Shown here: piece after piece, positions 12,610 to 25,237 of the stretch
How the letters are laid out: every line of letters starts with the position of its first letter
Numbering within the stretch: the first letter of the stretch is position 1
Origin: Okamejei kenojei
Lineage: Eukaryota
Length of the DNA stretch: 64,000 nucleotides
Reading direction: 5' to 3'
Assembly: GCA_035221665.1 (NCBI GenBank)
Contig: CM069144.1
Coordinates: forward strand, 56,110,001-56,174,000
The notes under the pieces: generated by a model
What the model was told of the DNA's origin: nothing
The model's database searches: none
Seen by the model: the letters and a program-made list of their open reading frames with translations, nothing else
Translations under genes and position numbers: made by a program

Positions 12610-13520
12610 AAGTGGAGATGCAAGGGACCACAGATGCTGGAAACTGCCAGAGGAACTCAGCAGGTCAGGCAGCATCTGTGGAGGGAAATGGACAGATAGC
12701 ATTTTGGGACAGGATCCTTCTTCAGAATGATGGAGGAATGGGAAGGGTATGTGATGGAATGGAACGAGGAGAAGAAAAGGGATCGGACAAGAACAAGTAA
12801 GAGATAGGTGGGTCCATAGAGGGCGGATTGATTAGAAACATAGAAAATAGGTACAGGAGTAGGCCATTTGGCCCTTTGAGCCAGCATCGCCATTCAATAT
12901 GATATGACCATGGCTGATCATCCAAAATCAGTACTTCCTGCTCATCCAAAATCAGTACAAAATCTTCCTGCTTTTTCTGCATATTCCTCGATTCCTTGGT
13001 AGTAGGAATTGATAGGTAGAAGAATCAAGTATGGGGAGAGAAGGATGGAGATAGCAACCAAGACTGGAGGTGATAAGTGGAGAAGACAAAAAGGGTGCAA
13101 ATGGTGAAATCTGATAAGGAAGGAAGTTGGGGAGAGAAGTGTAGAACCAGAGGGAATAGAGGTGAAGAGAAAAAAAGGGATACAAAGAGTTTAGAGGGGT
13201 GGGAGATGAGTGGGTGGAGGTGACGGATGAAAGGACTGGTTACCATAGGCGGGGCAGTGGAAAGAAAGGTGCACAGAGACGGGGGAGGGAGAAGCTGGCT
13301 ATATGAGAGGGGGATGATCACCTGAAATTGGACTATTCAATGTTCATGCCATTCAATTGTAAGCTAGTCAAGCAGGATATGTGGCTCTGTACTTCAAGTT
13401 TGTTTGTGGCTTCACTCTGCCAGTGGAGGAGACCAAGGACACACAGATGGTATGGGAATGGGAAGGGGAATTAATATAGCTGGCAACCAGGAGCTCCAGC
13501 TGGCTCTGGCGGACACAATG
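12610..13520 (-). mobile_element. Decayed Penelope-like element 3' part, interrupted by a CR1 tail (~12833-13000)
   Basis: pLTR unit at 12620-12725, purine-rich spacer, and 13320-13520 resembling the endonuclease end at 29040-29230. Inserted AGAAACATAGAAAATAGGTACAGGAGTAGGCC is a CR1 3' end. Confidence 0.7.
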
Positions 13521-13684
13521 CATTGTTTCATAACGCTGAGAATCGTCAAAAAGTTGCGATTACTTAGCACCTTTCACACCCAACAGAGATGGACAGCAAG
13601 GAAATAAATGATCGGTTAATCTGGCATTTTCCACCATGTGGTGTGAAGAATACAAGAATTGTCTGACATAGAGAAACATTCTTT

Positions 13685-14205
13685 AAACTTTAGAGATACA
13701 GCTTGGTAACAGGCCCTTTGCTCCACCAAGTCCATGCCCGAACACTTAAGGGCCTGTCCCACTGTACGAGGTAATTCAAGAGTTCTCCCGAGTTTCCCCT
13801 GATTCGAACTCGGAGAATTACGGTAATAGCCGCTCGTAGGTACTCAGGGCTCTCGTGGACACTTTTCTACATGTTGAAAAAACTTCACGAGCTTACCGTG
13901 TTTCCCGAGTACCTGCCGTTAGCGTTATGAGCCGCTAAGAGACGTCCCAGAGCTCCGACGTACCCACTACGTACATTCTACGTACTTACCACGAGTTTGA
14001 TATTTATTTAAACTCAGGAGAGCTCTTGGGTAAACTCGTATAGTGGGACAGGCCCTTAACACTATACACTAGGGACAATTTACAATTTTACCAAAGCCAG
14101 TTAATCTACAAACCTGCACATCTTTGGAGTGTTGGAAGAAACTGGAGCACCAGGGACTGGTGACAGGGAGAACGTGTACATTCCATGCAGCACACATAGT
14201 CAGGA
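13685..14205 (-). mobile_element. HE1-like V-SINE split by a MITE
   Basis: SINE tail at 13685-13745 resumes at ~14057 (ACACTAGGGACAATTTACAATTTT...). Confidence 0.8.
13749..14056. mobile_element. PIF/Harbinger-type MITE (type A)
   Basis: TIRs AGGGCCTGTCCCACT...AGTGGGACAGGCCCT; flanks TTA / TAA. Confidence 0.85.
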
Positions 14206-14930
14206 TCTATCAGCTATCAGAATATCAGCAATTAAGCCCATCAAGTCTGCCCGGCAAAGTGCAAAGTGCATCTGAAGATCTAACTTGACACCAAGGTTGT
14301 AAAATGCACTACGATTAACTGAGTAGATGAATGGACAAAACTGTGGCAGGTTTCAGTGTGGGCAAAGGGAGGTCATCCATTTTGGACTGAGAAAAGCTGC
14401 AATCAGCTGCTTTCTAGAGATGAATCAAGAACAGAGTGATACTGAAAATAATCCAAAAGACTCGTGGAATGCTGGTTGTAATCAAGAGGATGAGAGGGCA
14501 GAAGGGTAATACTCTTCTGCCGCTCTGCAAATCCCTGTTTACACTGTGAGCTGTTGAAAGTACCACACTGTAGAAAAATACAGTGTTCTTGCGGGCTTAT
14601 CAGACTGACAAATAGACTTACAATTTCACAAACTAGGGTTGTGTTATCTGGCGAGTAAAGGTTCAAAGATGAGTTGGCTGAAGCTTCCTAAGAATTGGGA
14701 GGAATTGATGGAATACGCAGGGAGGCACTGTTTCTGTTCGTTGAAGTGTCCAGGACTTTTCAGCTGTGAGGCGAAGAATCATTTCTGCAGGCAGAGGGTG
14801 GCAGAACTGCTTTCTGTAATCGCCAGTTGGTGCTGGCTAGCTGGATATCAAATGTTAACTTTTTATCTGATTGATACATATTTGCTAACTAAAAGTAATA
14901 AGGGATACTGAGCTAAACCAGACACATAGA

Positions 14931-15070
14931 TCACCAGCACGGGTTATGGATTGGGGAGCAAGGGTTATTGATTGTGGACGATCAGCCATGATCGCAATGA
15001 ATGGTGGTGCTGGCTCGAAAGGCCTCCACCTGCACCAAATGGCCTCCTCCTCACCTATTTTCTACGTTTC
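14931..15070 (+). mobile_element. Short CR1 3' tail insertion
   Basis: GATCAGCCATGATCGCAATGAATGG...CCTATTTTCTACGTTTC; flanked by CATAGA at 14925-14930 and 15071-15076. Confidence 0.75.
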
Positions 15071-15106
15071 CATAGAAATAGGTCACAGATCAATCAGAAT
15101 CTAAAT

Positions 15107-15472
15107 TAATATTAACAATAAACCAAAGAAATTTCTTGGATTAATGTTTGATAATAGGGTAAAAATTAATATTGAAATTTTGGAAGGGAACATTATCCCC
15201 CACAATTAAAATGTGGACAGTGGAAATGTTGGAGACGTTGCATTTGGAAAGAATCAGATTTGTCCTAATGGACAAATACGAACTCTTTGAACAGATATGG
15301 TCTCCATATACAGAATATTTGAAGGGGTAGCTTTTCTTGGCATCTCAACTCAATGGGTGCCCGGCAGGATTAGATGAAAATAATTCCTTTTTTTTTTTTT
15401 TGATTTGTATACATGTCTCTTTTGATATCGTTATTTGAAATTGTGTTATTCACTATTAAGATGTATACTATA

Positions 15473-15545
<73 letters not shown>

Positions 15546-15815
15546 CTTTATTTTAATTAAATATATATAACAATTTTTTTTCTTTTTTTCTCTTTCTTCT
15601 CTCTTTCTCTCTCTATATAATCTAAATTATTATTTAATCACTATTCTTATTGATTAAAAGCTATTCTTTTCTTTTTTCTATTTCCTAAAAAATAGAAGTT
15701 TATAAGAATTATTCGTAACATCCGTATACTTATTGAAATAAGTTGGTTGTGTATTTGAAAAGTTGTTATACCATTGTTATGATGGATTACTTCTAATAAA
15801 AATATTATTAATAAA
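15107..15815 (+). mobile_element. 5'-truncated L1-clade LINE
   Basis: Translates to KLILKFWKGTLSPTIKMWTVEMLETLHLERIRF...EQIWSPYTEYLKG*, similar to fish L1 ORF2 C-termini. AT-rich 3'UTR, AATAAA, and an 11-bp TSD AGAATCTAAAT (15096-15106, 15816-15826). Confidence 0.85.
15479..15542. repeat. (TA)n microsatellite
   Basis: About 30 TA units inside the L1 3'UTR. Confidence 0.97.
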
Positions 15816-16061
15816 AGAATCTAAATGAATGGTTAAACAGTCTTGGTCTAAATGGTTTGTTCCTTTTTCTATAAGGCAGAATAATCTGTTCAGTTGAGCA
15901 TGAGTTACCAAATCATTTATTTGACATAGATAGTTTTGACTGCATAGGACATGTCGTTAATTGGATCCAATATTGTGTTATTACTAAAAATCATGCAGTT
16001 TTATATATAGAATTTTAAATCCAAATATATGTTGCTCATTTTTACAATATGTCATTCTTAG

Positions 16062-16820
16062 TTTTAGCGTTAAGTTTAATGTTGTCACGTTTACTGAGGT
16101 ACAGTGAATAGTTTTGTTTTGCATTCTGTCTAATCAAATCAGATAATGCCACATATAAATGCACTCAAGACAAACTCAAGTATGCAGATGACACCACCAT
16201 AGTGGGCTGGATACCAAATAATGATGAGGCAGAGAACAGGAAGGAGATTGAGAACCTCATAACCTGGTGCCAAGACAACAACCTCTCCCTTAATGTCAGC
16301 AAGACAAAGGAGATTGTGATCGATTTTAGGAAGCAAAGAGGTGCAAACAACTCCATGTGCATTGAGGGCTCCAAAGTAGAGATGGTTAAAAGCTCCAAGT
16401 TCTTAGAAATAAATATCACTGCCAATTTGTCCTGGACCAGGCACGTCAAAGTAATGGCCAAGAAAGCACATGAATCCCTCTACTTCGTCAGAAGGCTTAG
16501 AAAGTTCGGCATTTCCACAACAACCCTCACCAACTTCCACAGATGTGCTATAGAAAGCATTTTAGCGGAATGCACCATAGCATGGTTTGGGAACAGCTCC
16601 ATCTCAGAGTGCTAGGAATGGCAGAGAGTTGTTGACGTAGCTCAGACCAGCACGCAAACCGAACTCCCTTCCATCTACACTTCACGCTGCCTCGGCAAGG
16701 CTGCCGACGTAATCAAGGACTAGTCTCATCTCGGTCACTCCTTCTTCTCCCCTCTCCCATCAGGCAAGAGGTACGGATTCAGGGATAATTCCTTTCCAGC
16801 CATTATCAGGCAACTGAAAC
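16062..16820. mobile_element. Rex1/Babar-like LINE fragment; RT part on +, 3' tail inverted on -
   Basis: In-frame KYADDTTIVG (YADD at 16181-16192) continues into ORF 16202-16615 WCQDNNLSLNVSKTKEIVIDFRK...LYFVRRLRKFG. 16062-16175 is a minus-strand LINE 3' tail. Confidence 0.85.
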
Positions 16821-17704
16821 TAATCAAAGAATAATAAGATATATAACAAATTAGCTGTTCATCCTTGATCTGCAAACATGCAAATTATTGATAGAAAGCT
16901 ACATCAAAATTATATGTGCTTCTTTAAGAAAAATGATTTACAGCTCTCTGATATGCTCTTATATAAACAATAAGAAAAAACGAACCTACTGACTTCCCTG
17001 CAATGACAAAGCTCTTTTAAATAATGCTGTTAGTTTCATTTGGGCTGCAGTGGAAGAAGCTCCATATATCAAATGGTGGCTTTGGTTAGCATGATGGAAC
17101 TCGGATTTTAAAAGATTAACCTGGTTCTAACACATCCCAGATTACATTTTCTTACATTGAATGGATACTCGTTAAATGGGTCCAATTTGCACACAATGAA
17201 TGCCTTAAAGACTTGGACGATATAATATCTTGCTCTGAGCCAGCGCAGAGCCCAGTGTGAAAGCTGTGGTTACAACCTCCCCAGCTTCCGACTTGATGGT
17301 ATAGCTTTTGAATGGCCTGTCTGGAAGTCTCTCAAACTGATGCTGGACCACAAAACCCTGACGTCCTCTTTTGTTGTAACGACAATACCTATTAGGGCAT
17401 TCAGTACATTTTCATTGTCAACTAGAAATATCAGTATTTCAATTGCAATCCCACCCTTCCCCTGCCCTTATCTGCTTACGTTTGGTTGGCAACTTACAAC
17501 ATTGAACATGTTTGTTTATGGCTGTGCTAAATTCATTTTCTTGTTTTTTGTGTTTGCTCGATGTAACATGGTGGAACTTGTAATCAGAGTGGTGCAGCAT
17601 AATTAGCTAATTACTAAAGTGGTATCGAGCTACCCTCTGCTTGGCAAAAATGCCTGTGTCAAGCTGTAATGAGGCATCGGCACTGGACTGTAATATTTTA
17701 AAAT

Positions 17705-18050
17705 AAAATATATAAAATCATGGGAGGAATGGATCGGGTAGTCTTTTGCCCAGAGTAGGTGAATCGAGGACCAGAGGACATAGGGGAAAAGATTTAACAG
17801 GAATCTGAGGGGTAGCTTTTTCACACAACAGGGTGGTGGGTGCATTGAACAAGCTGCCAGAGGAGACACTTGAGGCTGGGACTATCCCAACATTTAAGAA
17901 ACAGTTAGACAGGTACATGGATAGGACAGGTTTGGAGGGATGTGGACCAAACGCGGGCAGGTGGGAGTAGTGTAGCTGGGACATGTTGGGCCAGTATTGG
18001 CAAGTTAGGCCGAAGGACCTGTTTCCGCGCTGTATCGCTCTATGACTCGA
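17705..18050 (+). mobile_element. CR1 LINE 3' fragment
   Basis: TTTTTCACACAACAGGGTGGTGGG...GGCCGAAGGACCTGTTTCCGCGCTGTATCGCTCTATGACTC. Confidence 0.85.
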
Positions 18051-18112
18051 AGACTCTATATGTTAATTTTATAGCAATATTTTGTAAAGAGAAATGTTTT
18101 GATTGATTGATT

Positions 18113-18408
18113 GAAAGATACAGCATGGAAAATGGCCCTTTAGCCCACCAAGTCCGTGCCAACCATCCAGCCCGCTTCATATTAGTTCTATGGTATCCCA
18201 CATTCCCTACTCACTTGGAGGAATTTATAGAGGCCACTTAACCTACAAACCCACATGACTTTGTGATGTGGGAGGATACCCGAGCACCCACACAATGCTC
18301 CCACACGGTCATGAGGAGAATGTGCAAACTACACACAGACAGCACCCGAGGTTAGGATCGAACCCAGGTCTCTGCCGCTGTGTGCATCACCTGCATCACT
18401 GTGCTGCC
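18113..18408 (-). mobile_element. HE1-like V-SINE
   Basis: Reverse-strand SINE with a (TTGA)n tail and GGATCGAACCCAGG. Confidence 0.8.
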
Positions 18409-19169
18409 CGTTAAACAGTGAAGGCTATATCCTCATTGATCAATATCTGCCTCAAAATAAAATGGTCTTAATTCTGACACGTGAGAAAATGTACATCTTG
18501 TTTTAATACCGTGGTTGAGATTATTCATCTTCTGCACTATTAGGAAAAAATTCTGACTCTATAGATCTCGCAGTGAGACAGTAGGTGGTAATAATACTGG
18601 TACATCAATATTACATCTGAAATTGTTGCAATTTCTAAGCGCTAAACTGCAAATTCCTTTTCCTGAGATGTCAGGTTGAATTATTAAGTTGGGAAACATT
18701 GAAGACACAACATTTATGTTCACCAGAATGGATTAGACAAAATGCAGAATTTGAAGTGGGATTTCTTGCTTTTTCACTTCCCCACTCAGAGAAACTGAGG
18801 CTGCTGTTAAAATCTACGTCCAAATCCTGGCTCCAGCTGAGGTTAGCTAATCCAGCAAGGGCAGAATATTGAAGCAGAAACAAGAGTGGACTATATGACT
18901 CAGTACTGTCTCAAGCTGTGCCTTTTCTTATGAATTGTGGAAATCTTTTTTAATAACCTCACGTGCTGTTGTTTTCTGCTTATATTTAAAAATAAAATCA
19001 GTTATCCATAATTCTCCTGACCCTGGCAAAAAGGTTTTGCTATGGAATACCGAGGAAGAATTTGATGGAAAATTAGAATTGCCCGGGATTGGAAATAAAC
19101 GTGGTGACTCAACTGGTGGGTTCCAATGTCAGGGAGGCACCAAATCTCACAATAGATTTAATACATTTA

Positions 19170-19496
19170 GGGCGGTCACGGTGGCGCAGCGGTAGAGTTG
19201 CTGCCTTCCAGCGAATGCAGCGCCGGAGACTCGGGTTTGATCCCAACAACGGGTGCTGTCTGCACAGAGTTTGTACGTTCTCCCCATGACCTGCATGGGT
19301 TTTGTCCGGGTTCTTCGGTTTCCTCCCACAGTCCAAAGACGTACAGGTTTGTAGGTTAATTGCCTTGGTAAATGCAAAACTTGTCCCAGGTGGGTGTAGG
19401 ATCATGTTAATGTGCGGGGATCGCTGGTCGGCGTGGACCCGGTGGGCCAAAGGGCCTGTTTCCGCGCTGTATCTCTGAACTAAACTAAACTAAACT
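19170..19496 (+). mobile_element. HE1-like V-SINE, full length, young
   Basis: GGTGGCGCAGCGGTAGAG (A box), GGTTTGATCCC (B box), CGGTTTCCTCCCAC, (CTAAA)n tail; CpGs retained. Confidence 0.92.
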
Positions 19497-19659
19497 CCAC
19501 TCCCAACTGTATTGACTCATGGTTATCCAACTCTGTCATTAATTGAGCAATATAAATACTGTATCTGTGATCGGCTCCCTGCAACTCAGATGCTCTAACC
19601 AGTAATTGAGTTTTTCAACCCTTATACAATAGCACCGTTTGGTTTTTGCCTGTAATTTA

Positions 19660-19984
19660 ACACAGATTGTCAAAATGTTTGCAATGGGTAAATCATGATA
19701 ATGTTTGCAAACTTTTGAATCAGCCATTATTTGGAATACATTGTGAAGAATGGTTACCAACAGGTAAACAATTTCATTTGAACCATCTCAATACTTACAA
19801 CATAATGGTTCAGAATAGTTGTCGGTTTTCAATCGAAAATCAGGTCTGAAATATTCAATATATTGGAATATGAAATTGTTTGAGATATTTTATTCAGGAT
19901 GTTAATATGGAAGTGGCTTAAATAGGCTGAACAATGTCTAAATGTATTCTCTATTAAACATATACAAGTACACATACCTATATT

Positions 19985-20016
<32 letters not shown>

Positions 20017-23000
20017 CGCGTGCTTGTATATGTTTAATGTGTGCTTGTATGTGTGCTTATATATACATATAATATATATAATATGTATATAGATACATCG
20101 TTTGCTAATTTAGAACAACATAACAAGAATTTGTGTGCTGTAACGTAGGGCAACTGTTTGCAGTAACTTGATCTGGAATTGTTGAAATAGTTTAATAAGT
20201 TGGAAGCAAATAGGAAACTACTCGTACGTTTGCAGCACATTTATTGGAAAAATTAAATCATGCAATGTTTTGATGTGGAGTGTTCATGTGGAATTATATA
20301 GAGTATTTGGGAATTGTTTCAAGCAGTTTTGACATTGTTTGGGAAATACTGATAGGGAATTAAATACTTTGGTAAGTGATTTTTCTTCGTACTTGTTTGA
20401 ATAGACTGATACAAGTATTTTAAATATTCCATATAATTAATTGAATGTTTTAATGGTGAGTTGCTTGGATAATATTTTAGACTTACAAAAAAAGGGATGA
20501 TTTGATAGTAAATATTTTTATATGGAATACCTTGACAGCAAACGCTCTCCACTTAATTGTTTGAATATTGATACAGAATGTCTGGACAGAATTATAGCTA
20601 AGGTTTAACGTTTGATTGGAAAAATGTTTTGATTAGTTGGTTATTAAATAATTTGGATTGATTTATTGTGACATTTCAAAAAAAATGAGGGAATTGTTTG
20701 AATTAAGTAATGTGCAATGGAATTAAAACATTTAAGCATGTCCATAATTTTATTACATATCAATTTGTTGGAAATTAATTAAAGTGTTTGATTATGATTC
20801 ATTTGAACTATATCATTATTTTCAAAAGAATTATTTGATAAACATTTTCACTAAATTCTGGAAAATTCTGGAAATTGTCTACAGGGATTTTTTGAATGAC
20901 TTGGAAATTAAATGTTGAATGATTAATAAGAAATTATTTGAGCAGAAATTCCCAGAAATGTTTAAAATATAATTATTTTATATCAAATGGTTTGTAATTG
21001 AATTATTCCGGGATAAGAAATTGTTTACAAGGAAATATTTTAATAAAAAATCAAAAATTACTGAGAGTTCATTGAGTGTGAATTGTTTTGAATTTAATTT
21101 ACCTGCGTGTTTGATCTTAAACTGTTTGGTAAAGAATTATTTTCTGTGGGAATTATTCAAATACTCTGCAGTGGAACTGTTAACCATTGATCAAGAGTCA
21201 TTTGCATAGCGAGTTGCATGATAAGGGATTGATAGGGAATTGTTTGATGGGGGATTATTTCAGTGTTTGATTGTTAATTATGGAATACATCGAAGAAACG
21301 TTTGAATTGGGGGCTGTAATAAATTGATGAGAAATTGTTTATTTGGGATTAGGTTTTAACAATTACAAAAAGCTGTTTAATATACCAGAAAAGATTCATT
21401 CTGAAACATTTGATGTTAAATAGTTTCACATGAAATTATTTCCTAGATAATTGTTTAGATCTTGTTTTCCAGATTTTTACCACTTTTATGAGGTGATTTC
21501 CATGGTATTTGCATGGAATCGTTTGTTTAAATGAGGAATTATCTGATATGGGATGCATAATATGGAACCGAGAGTTAGAATATTGAAGGGTGGTGGCAGT
21601 GTTGTTTGTTGAGATCGGAGTTTGTTAAAAGTTGTTCAATGAACAAATATGTTATGCATTTGTTCAATTTTCTTTGTCAATTTGGCATAATTTTATACGA
21701 TTAGTTGCATTCCTAGGGAATTGTACGCCCTGAAAATGTTTGAAGTAATTTGGAGTGGTGAGGTTTTAATTATTTATGTGTTTTTGACTGGTATGAAGGA
21801 ATTGTTTGGAATTGTTTCAGAGGAAACAAATTAGAATAATTCGATGTTCAATTGTTTAGATTGGGATGATAATCCAACACTTTATAAAAGAGCTATATTT
21901 ATAAAGTTGTTTGTGTTATCTTAAAAAGAAAACATTCAAACTATTTTGTTAAGAAATGATCTGAAGTGATTGCAAATTAATTGTTCGAACAGTTTTTTGA
22001 CTGGATAAATGCAGAATTGTTAGGATGGCTTTCCTTAAATGGATAAACATGATTCGACTGACAAAGTTTCAATGGTTTAAAGAATTTGTAATTTGTTGAG
22101 AACCATTTGTTTGAACTTTAACAAATTTTGGACATGCTGACTATGAAAGAAAATTAGAATAAGCTTTTCAAAAATATCAATGGAGAATCGCATACAGTTT
22201 GGAACAGAATTGTTTGTATAGTATCTTCCTTTCGTTCTTGTAAATCTGTGAAAATGATAAATTTACACAAGGATTTTTAAAAATACAGAATTCTGTTATT
22301 TAGAATAAGCTGGAGGGAAATAGTTTAGAGTATTCCAACAAGAGGTGGCATAGTCTAAGATGAGACATGTGGAACTGTTTACTATGGAATATCTTAGAAA
22401 GTTAAAAAGCTTTAACCACGATTGTTTACATATAGGAAAAATTAATAATAGCTTGAACAAAATTCTATGGATTGCTTGAAAATTAGCGGTAACGATTTCA
22501 AGCTGAATTGTTTCAGCAATCGGACAGATCTGAAAGAATTTGATGTGAAATTGCCAGAACATTTTCGTTCTTTGATCTGGAGCAGTAGGTGTTGTTCATT
22601 GTTGGATGTGGGATTAATTCAGAAGTAGAAATAGTTTTGGAGTCGATTTATTGTAAATATGGACTAACCACTGTGTAATTGATATGGACTGTTAAACATC
22701 ATTTTTCTGAATGCTGAATTTTTATTATCAGATTGCAATAGTTGTATATGGGATTAATGTGGCAGAATAAATGGATTTGGCATTGCTTAGTCTAATTAGT
22801 TAGTACAATGTGGATTTGAAAATCATTTTTGGAGTATTTTGAATTGATGGTTCAATTTAGAATTGCTGTCTTGTCATTTTAGAATCATTAGCAGTAACTT
22901 CAAACCCACTGCTAATATTGTATTTCCTTTTCAAAATCCATTGTCTTTTCAAGATTAAATGATGACAAACTTTCTGAATTGATCCCTCAACCCACATAAA
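19660..23000 (+). repeat. Decayed AT-rich tandem/minisatellite-like domain, unit ~GAATTGTTTGATATG
   Basis: Same-orientation GAATTGTTT/GAAATTGTTT/GAATTATTT copies, e.g. 19872, 20311, 20691, 21017, 21237, 21331, 21799, 21809, 22207, 22505; + strand is C-poor. Confidence 0.6.
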
Positions 23001-24647
23001 CAAACCACATGAGCTGTTTTTTAAATATTTTTGTAGTATTTAGGAACTTGCTGTGTGTAAATGCCTGTTAAGTCTGAATATCAGGGGTGACTACAATATA
23101 AGGCTAATTGCCTGTGAAATGCTTTTGAACAAAGATGCTTTTATATTTCCATATTGTTCTTATGTGGTGTTTGGTGATATTTTTCGTGGATTATTGATGA
23201 ATTTGAAGTCAATGGGTGCAGAATTAATAGTGATTAATACTGATTTTTTTTTAATGAGGAAAAAGTTGATAATTCCTAAAAGTATGAAACTTTTTCTTGC
23301 ATTTGGAATGGGTAAATGTGGATAAAGTTGTTGTGTTCAGAATAACTTTGGTGTCAAGTTATTGCTAGCTTTGGAGTTATTTCATTTGTAGATGCCGTTC
23401 AGAAATGTGGAGGCATTTGGATCAGTTTGACATGGAAGTCCTTAAAATTGGTAAAGTTTGATTATGTAATTGGTCCCTAAATATTTTGGTAAGTTGTTAA
23501 TACTATGTTTTGATCAATTGATAATGAAACAATTACCCAAGGAGTTTGATTAGTTTGGTTTGGTAATCTGCCTGGAACACATCCAACCTTTAAACTTGGT
23601 ATCATCTTGGAAATATATTAATGATTGTTCTCCTGTTTGCTATTGTCAGTCAGGTGCTGGAAAATTAAAATTAAAAAAAGTTTTAAAATGCTATAAACGT
23701 GCACCTGGTCCATCCCCATGTTTGTGAATAGAACTTATTTAGAGATTGCAATTTTTTTTTTGGTTGCAAAAGTTGTTGATAAATCCATAGCTTTAAAGTA
23801 CTTATCTAAGTTTTAAATAATTTGCTGTCAAATTCTGCGCTTTTCATTTGAAACTCATGCGATTGAATTTAACGACAAAGAAGTCTTTGTGAATATCTTG
23901 ATGATTAGAATCTTCTCCAGTGTTTAACTTTGACAGTTAAATTGTTTATTTTTCCCAATGATTAAATGAGGTAAGTAATCATTATAGAAAAATGAGAATC
24001 GCTCCTCCTTGATGTGGATGTAATCAGATTGGTGTAACTGTTGACACTAATGGGAGACGACATTTGTGGAATAGTTCCCCCTGAGGCCCATACTGTAATT
24101 GTTAGGCCAATTAGAATAACTGGTTGTGGTTTCACTTAATAGAAAACAAGATTTCTGTTCATTTCAAATGTTCAAATCAGTGAACCAGTCTGCTAGGTGG
24201 AATAAAGCTTAAGGATAAAATTAGCAGCAGAAGACATGGTTGTCAATAAGTGTTACAGGTAACAAAATCAACGTTTCCTAGATTAAAATGTTGCATCAGA
24301 ACTTTATTCAGATTTTGGCCCCATCAGACGATTAACAAGCAACTTCTGTGGTTTAAAAAAAACTTGCATTGGTATAGATTTGCTCAACCACACAACATAT
24401 ATAAACACGCTTCTAAGTCAACTAATTACCTTTAAAACGTAACCACTCTGGTGTTGTAGACAAATGCTTCAGAGAAATAGTAAATGTTCAAGTAAATTGC
24501 AATGTTATAAATAGCAATGGTTATCTACAAAGCTCTTCCATGTAACTGGAAGGGGAGATGATAGTGCAAGTTAGCCGCTCTGAAACCAAGCACTTCCAAT
24601 GATGCATCAGTCCCTCCGCATTGTTCCTGCAGGTCAGATATTGAGCA

Positions 24648-24775
24648 TGTGTGGGAAGGAACTGCAGATGCTGGTTTACATTGAAGATAGACACAAAATG
24701 CTGGAGTAATTCAGCAGGACAGGCAGCATCTCTGGAGAGAAGGAAAGGGTGATGGTTTGGGTCCTTCTTCAGAAA
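24648..24775 (-). mobile_element. Penelope-derived short element (core damaged)
   Basis: GGAAGGAACTGCAGATGCTGGTTTAC...GACACAAAATGCTGGAGTAA...CCTTCTTCAGA. Confidence 0.75.
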
Positions 24776-24949
24776 GGATGATGAAAGGAGAAAGGGTGAT
24801 GGTATGGTCTTGAGCAAGGTGAAGTCCCCACCTCAGCTTCTACTTGACTCTGTCTCTGAAATCTGAACGTCTCATCAGGAATCATGACAGTTTAGACCTT
24901 TGTGCCTCTGAACCAACAGGCTTTTGTTGCATCTGATTTTTCCCATCTA

Positions 24950-25225
24950 TACAATGTCACGTCAACACATACACTCTCAATGCTAAATTCTATCTTGCCA
25001 GCATTTTCCCCATGGTCTCTGAATAATCACACTGCTGCCTTAATGTCCAGTATTCGATGAACACCAGTGTCCTCCATTTAAATGTTAGGAAGACAAAAGC
25101 TATTGTCGTCAGCCAACAGCACAAACTTGGTGCCAGAGACACTGGCTCCATCCGCTGCTGGCATCTGTTCCAGGACTGAACCAAACTCTGTCGTACATTG
25201 CAGTCGTACTTAATATTGAGACACA
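24950..25225 (+). mobile_element. L2-clade LINE RT remnant
   Basis: Translates LHLNVRKTKAIVVSQQHKL, resembling the L2 LQLNxxKTEAIVFG motif. Confidence 0.55.
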
Positions 25226-25237
25226 ATGTACTATAAC

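Larger units (their letters stand above)
14290..15872 (+). mobile_element. Old CR1-like LINE remnant hosting two younger insertions
   Basis: Decayed RT C-terminus (…REVIHFG… in ORF 14327); its 3'UTR is split at 14931-15070 and at 15107-15815. Confidence 0.6.

Noticed and set aside
19170-19260. tRNA-like A/B boxes here and at 11432, 26375, 27397, 42452
   Set aside because: These are SINE heads followed by the V domain and CR1 tail, not tRNA genes.
19660-23000. NUMT, endogenous virus or LRR pseudogene explanation for the skewed AT-rich region
   Set aside because: No mitochondrial tRNA, rRNA or ORF is recognisable, no ORF exceeds ~90 aa, and ELF-like codons lack LRR spacing.
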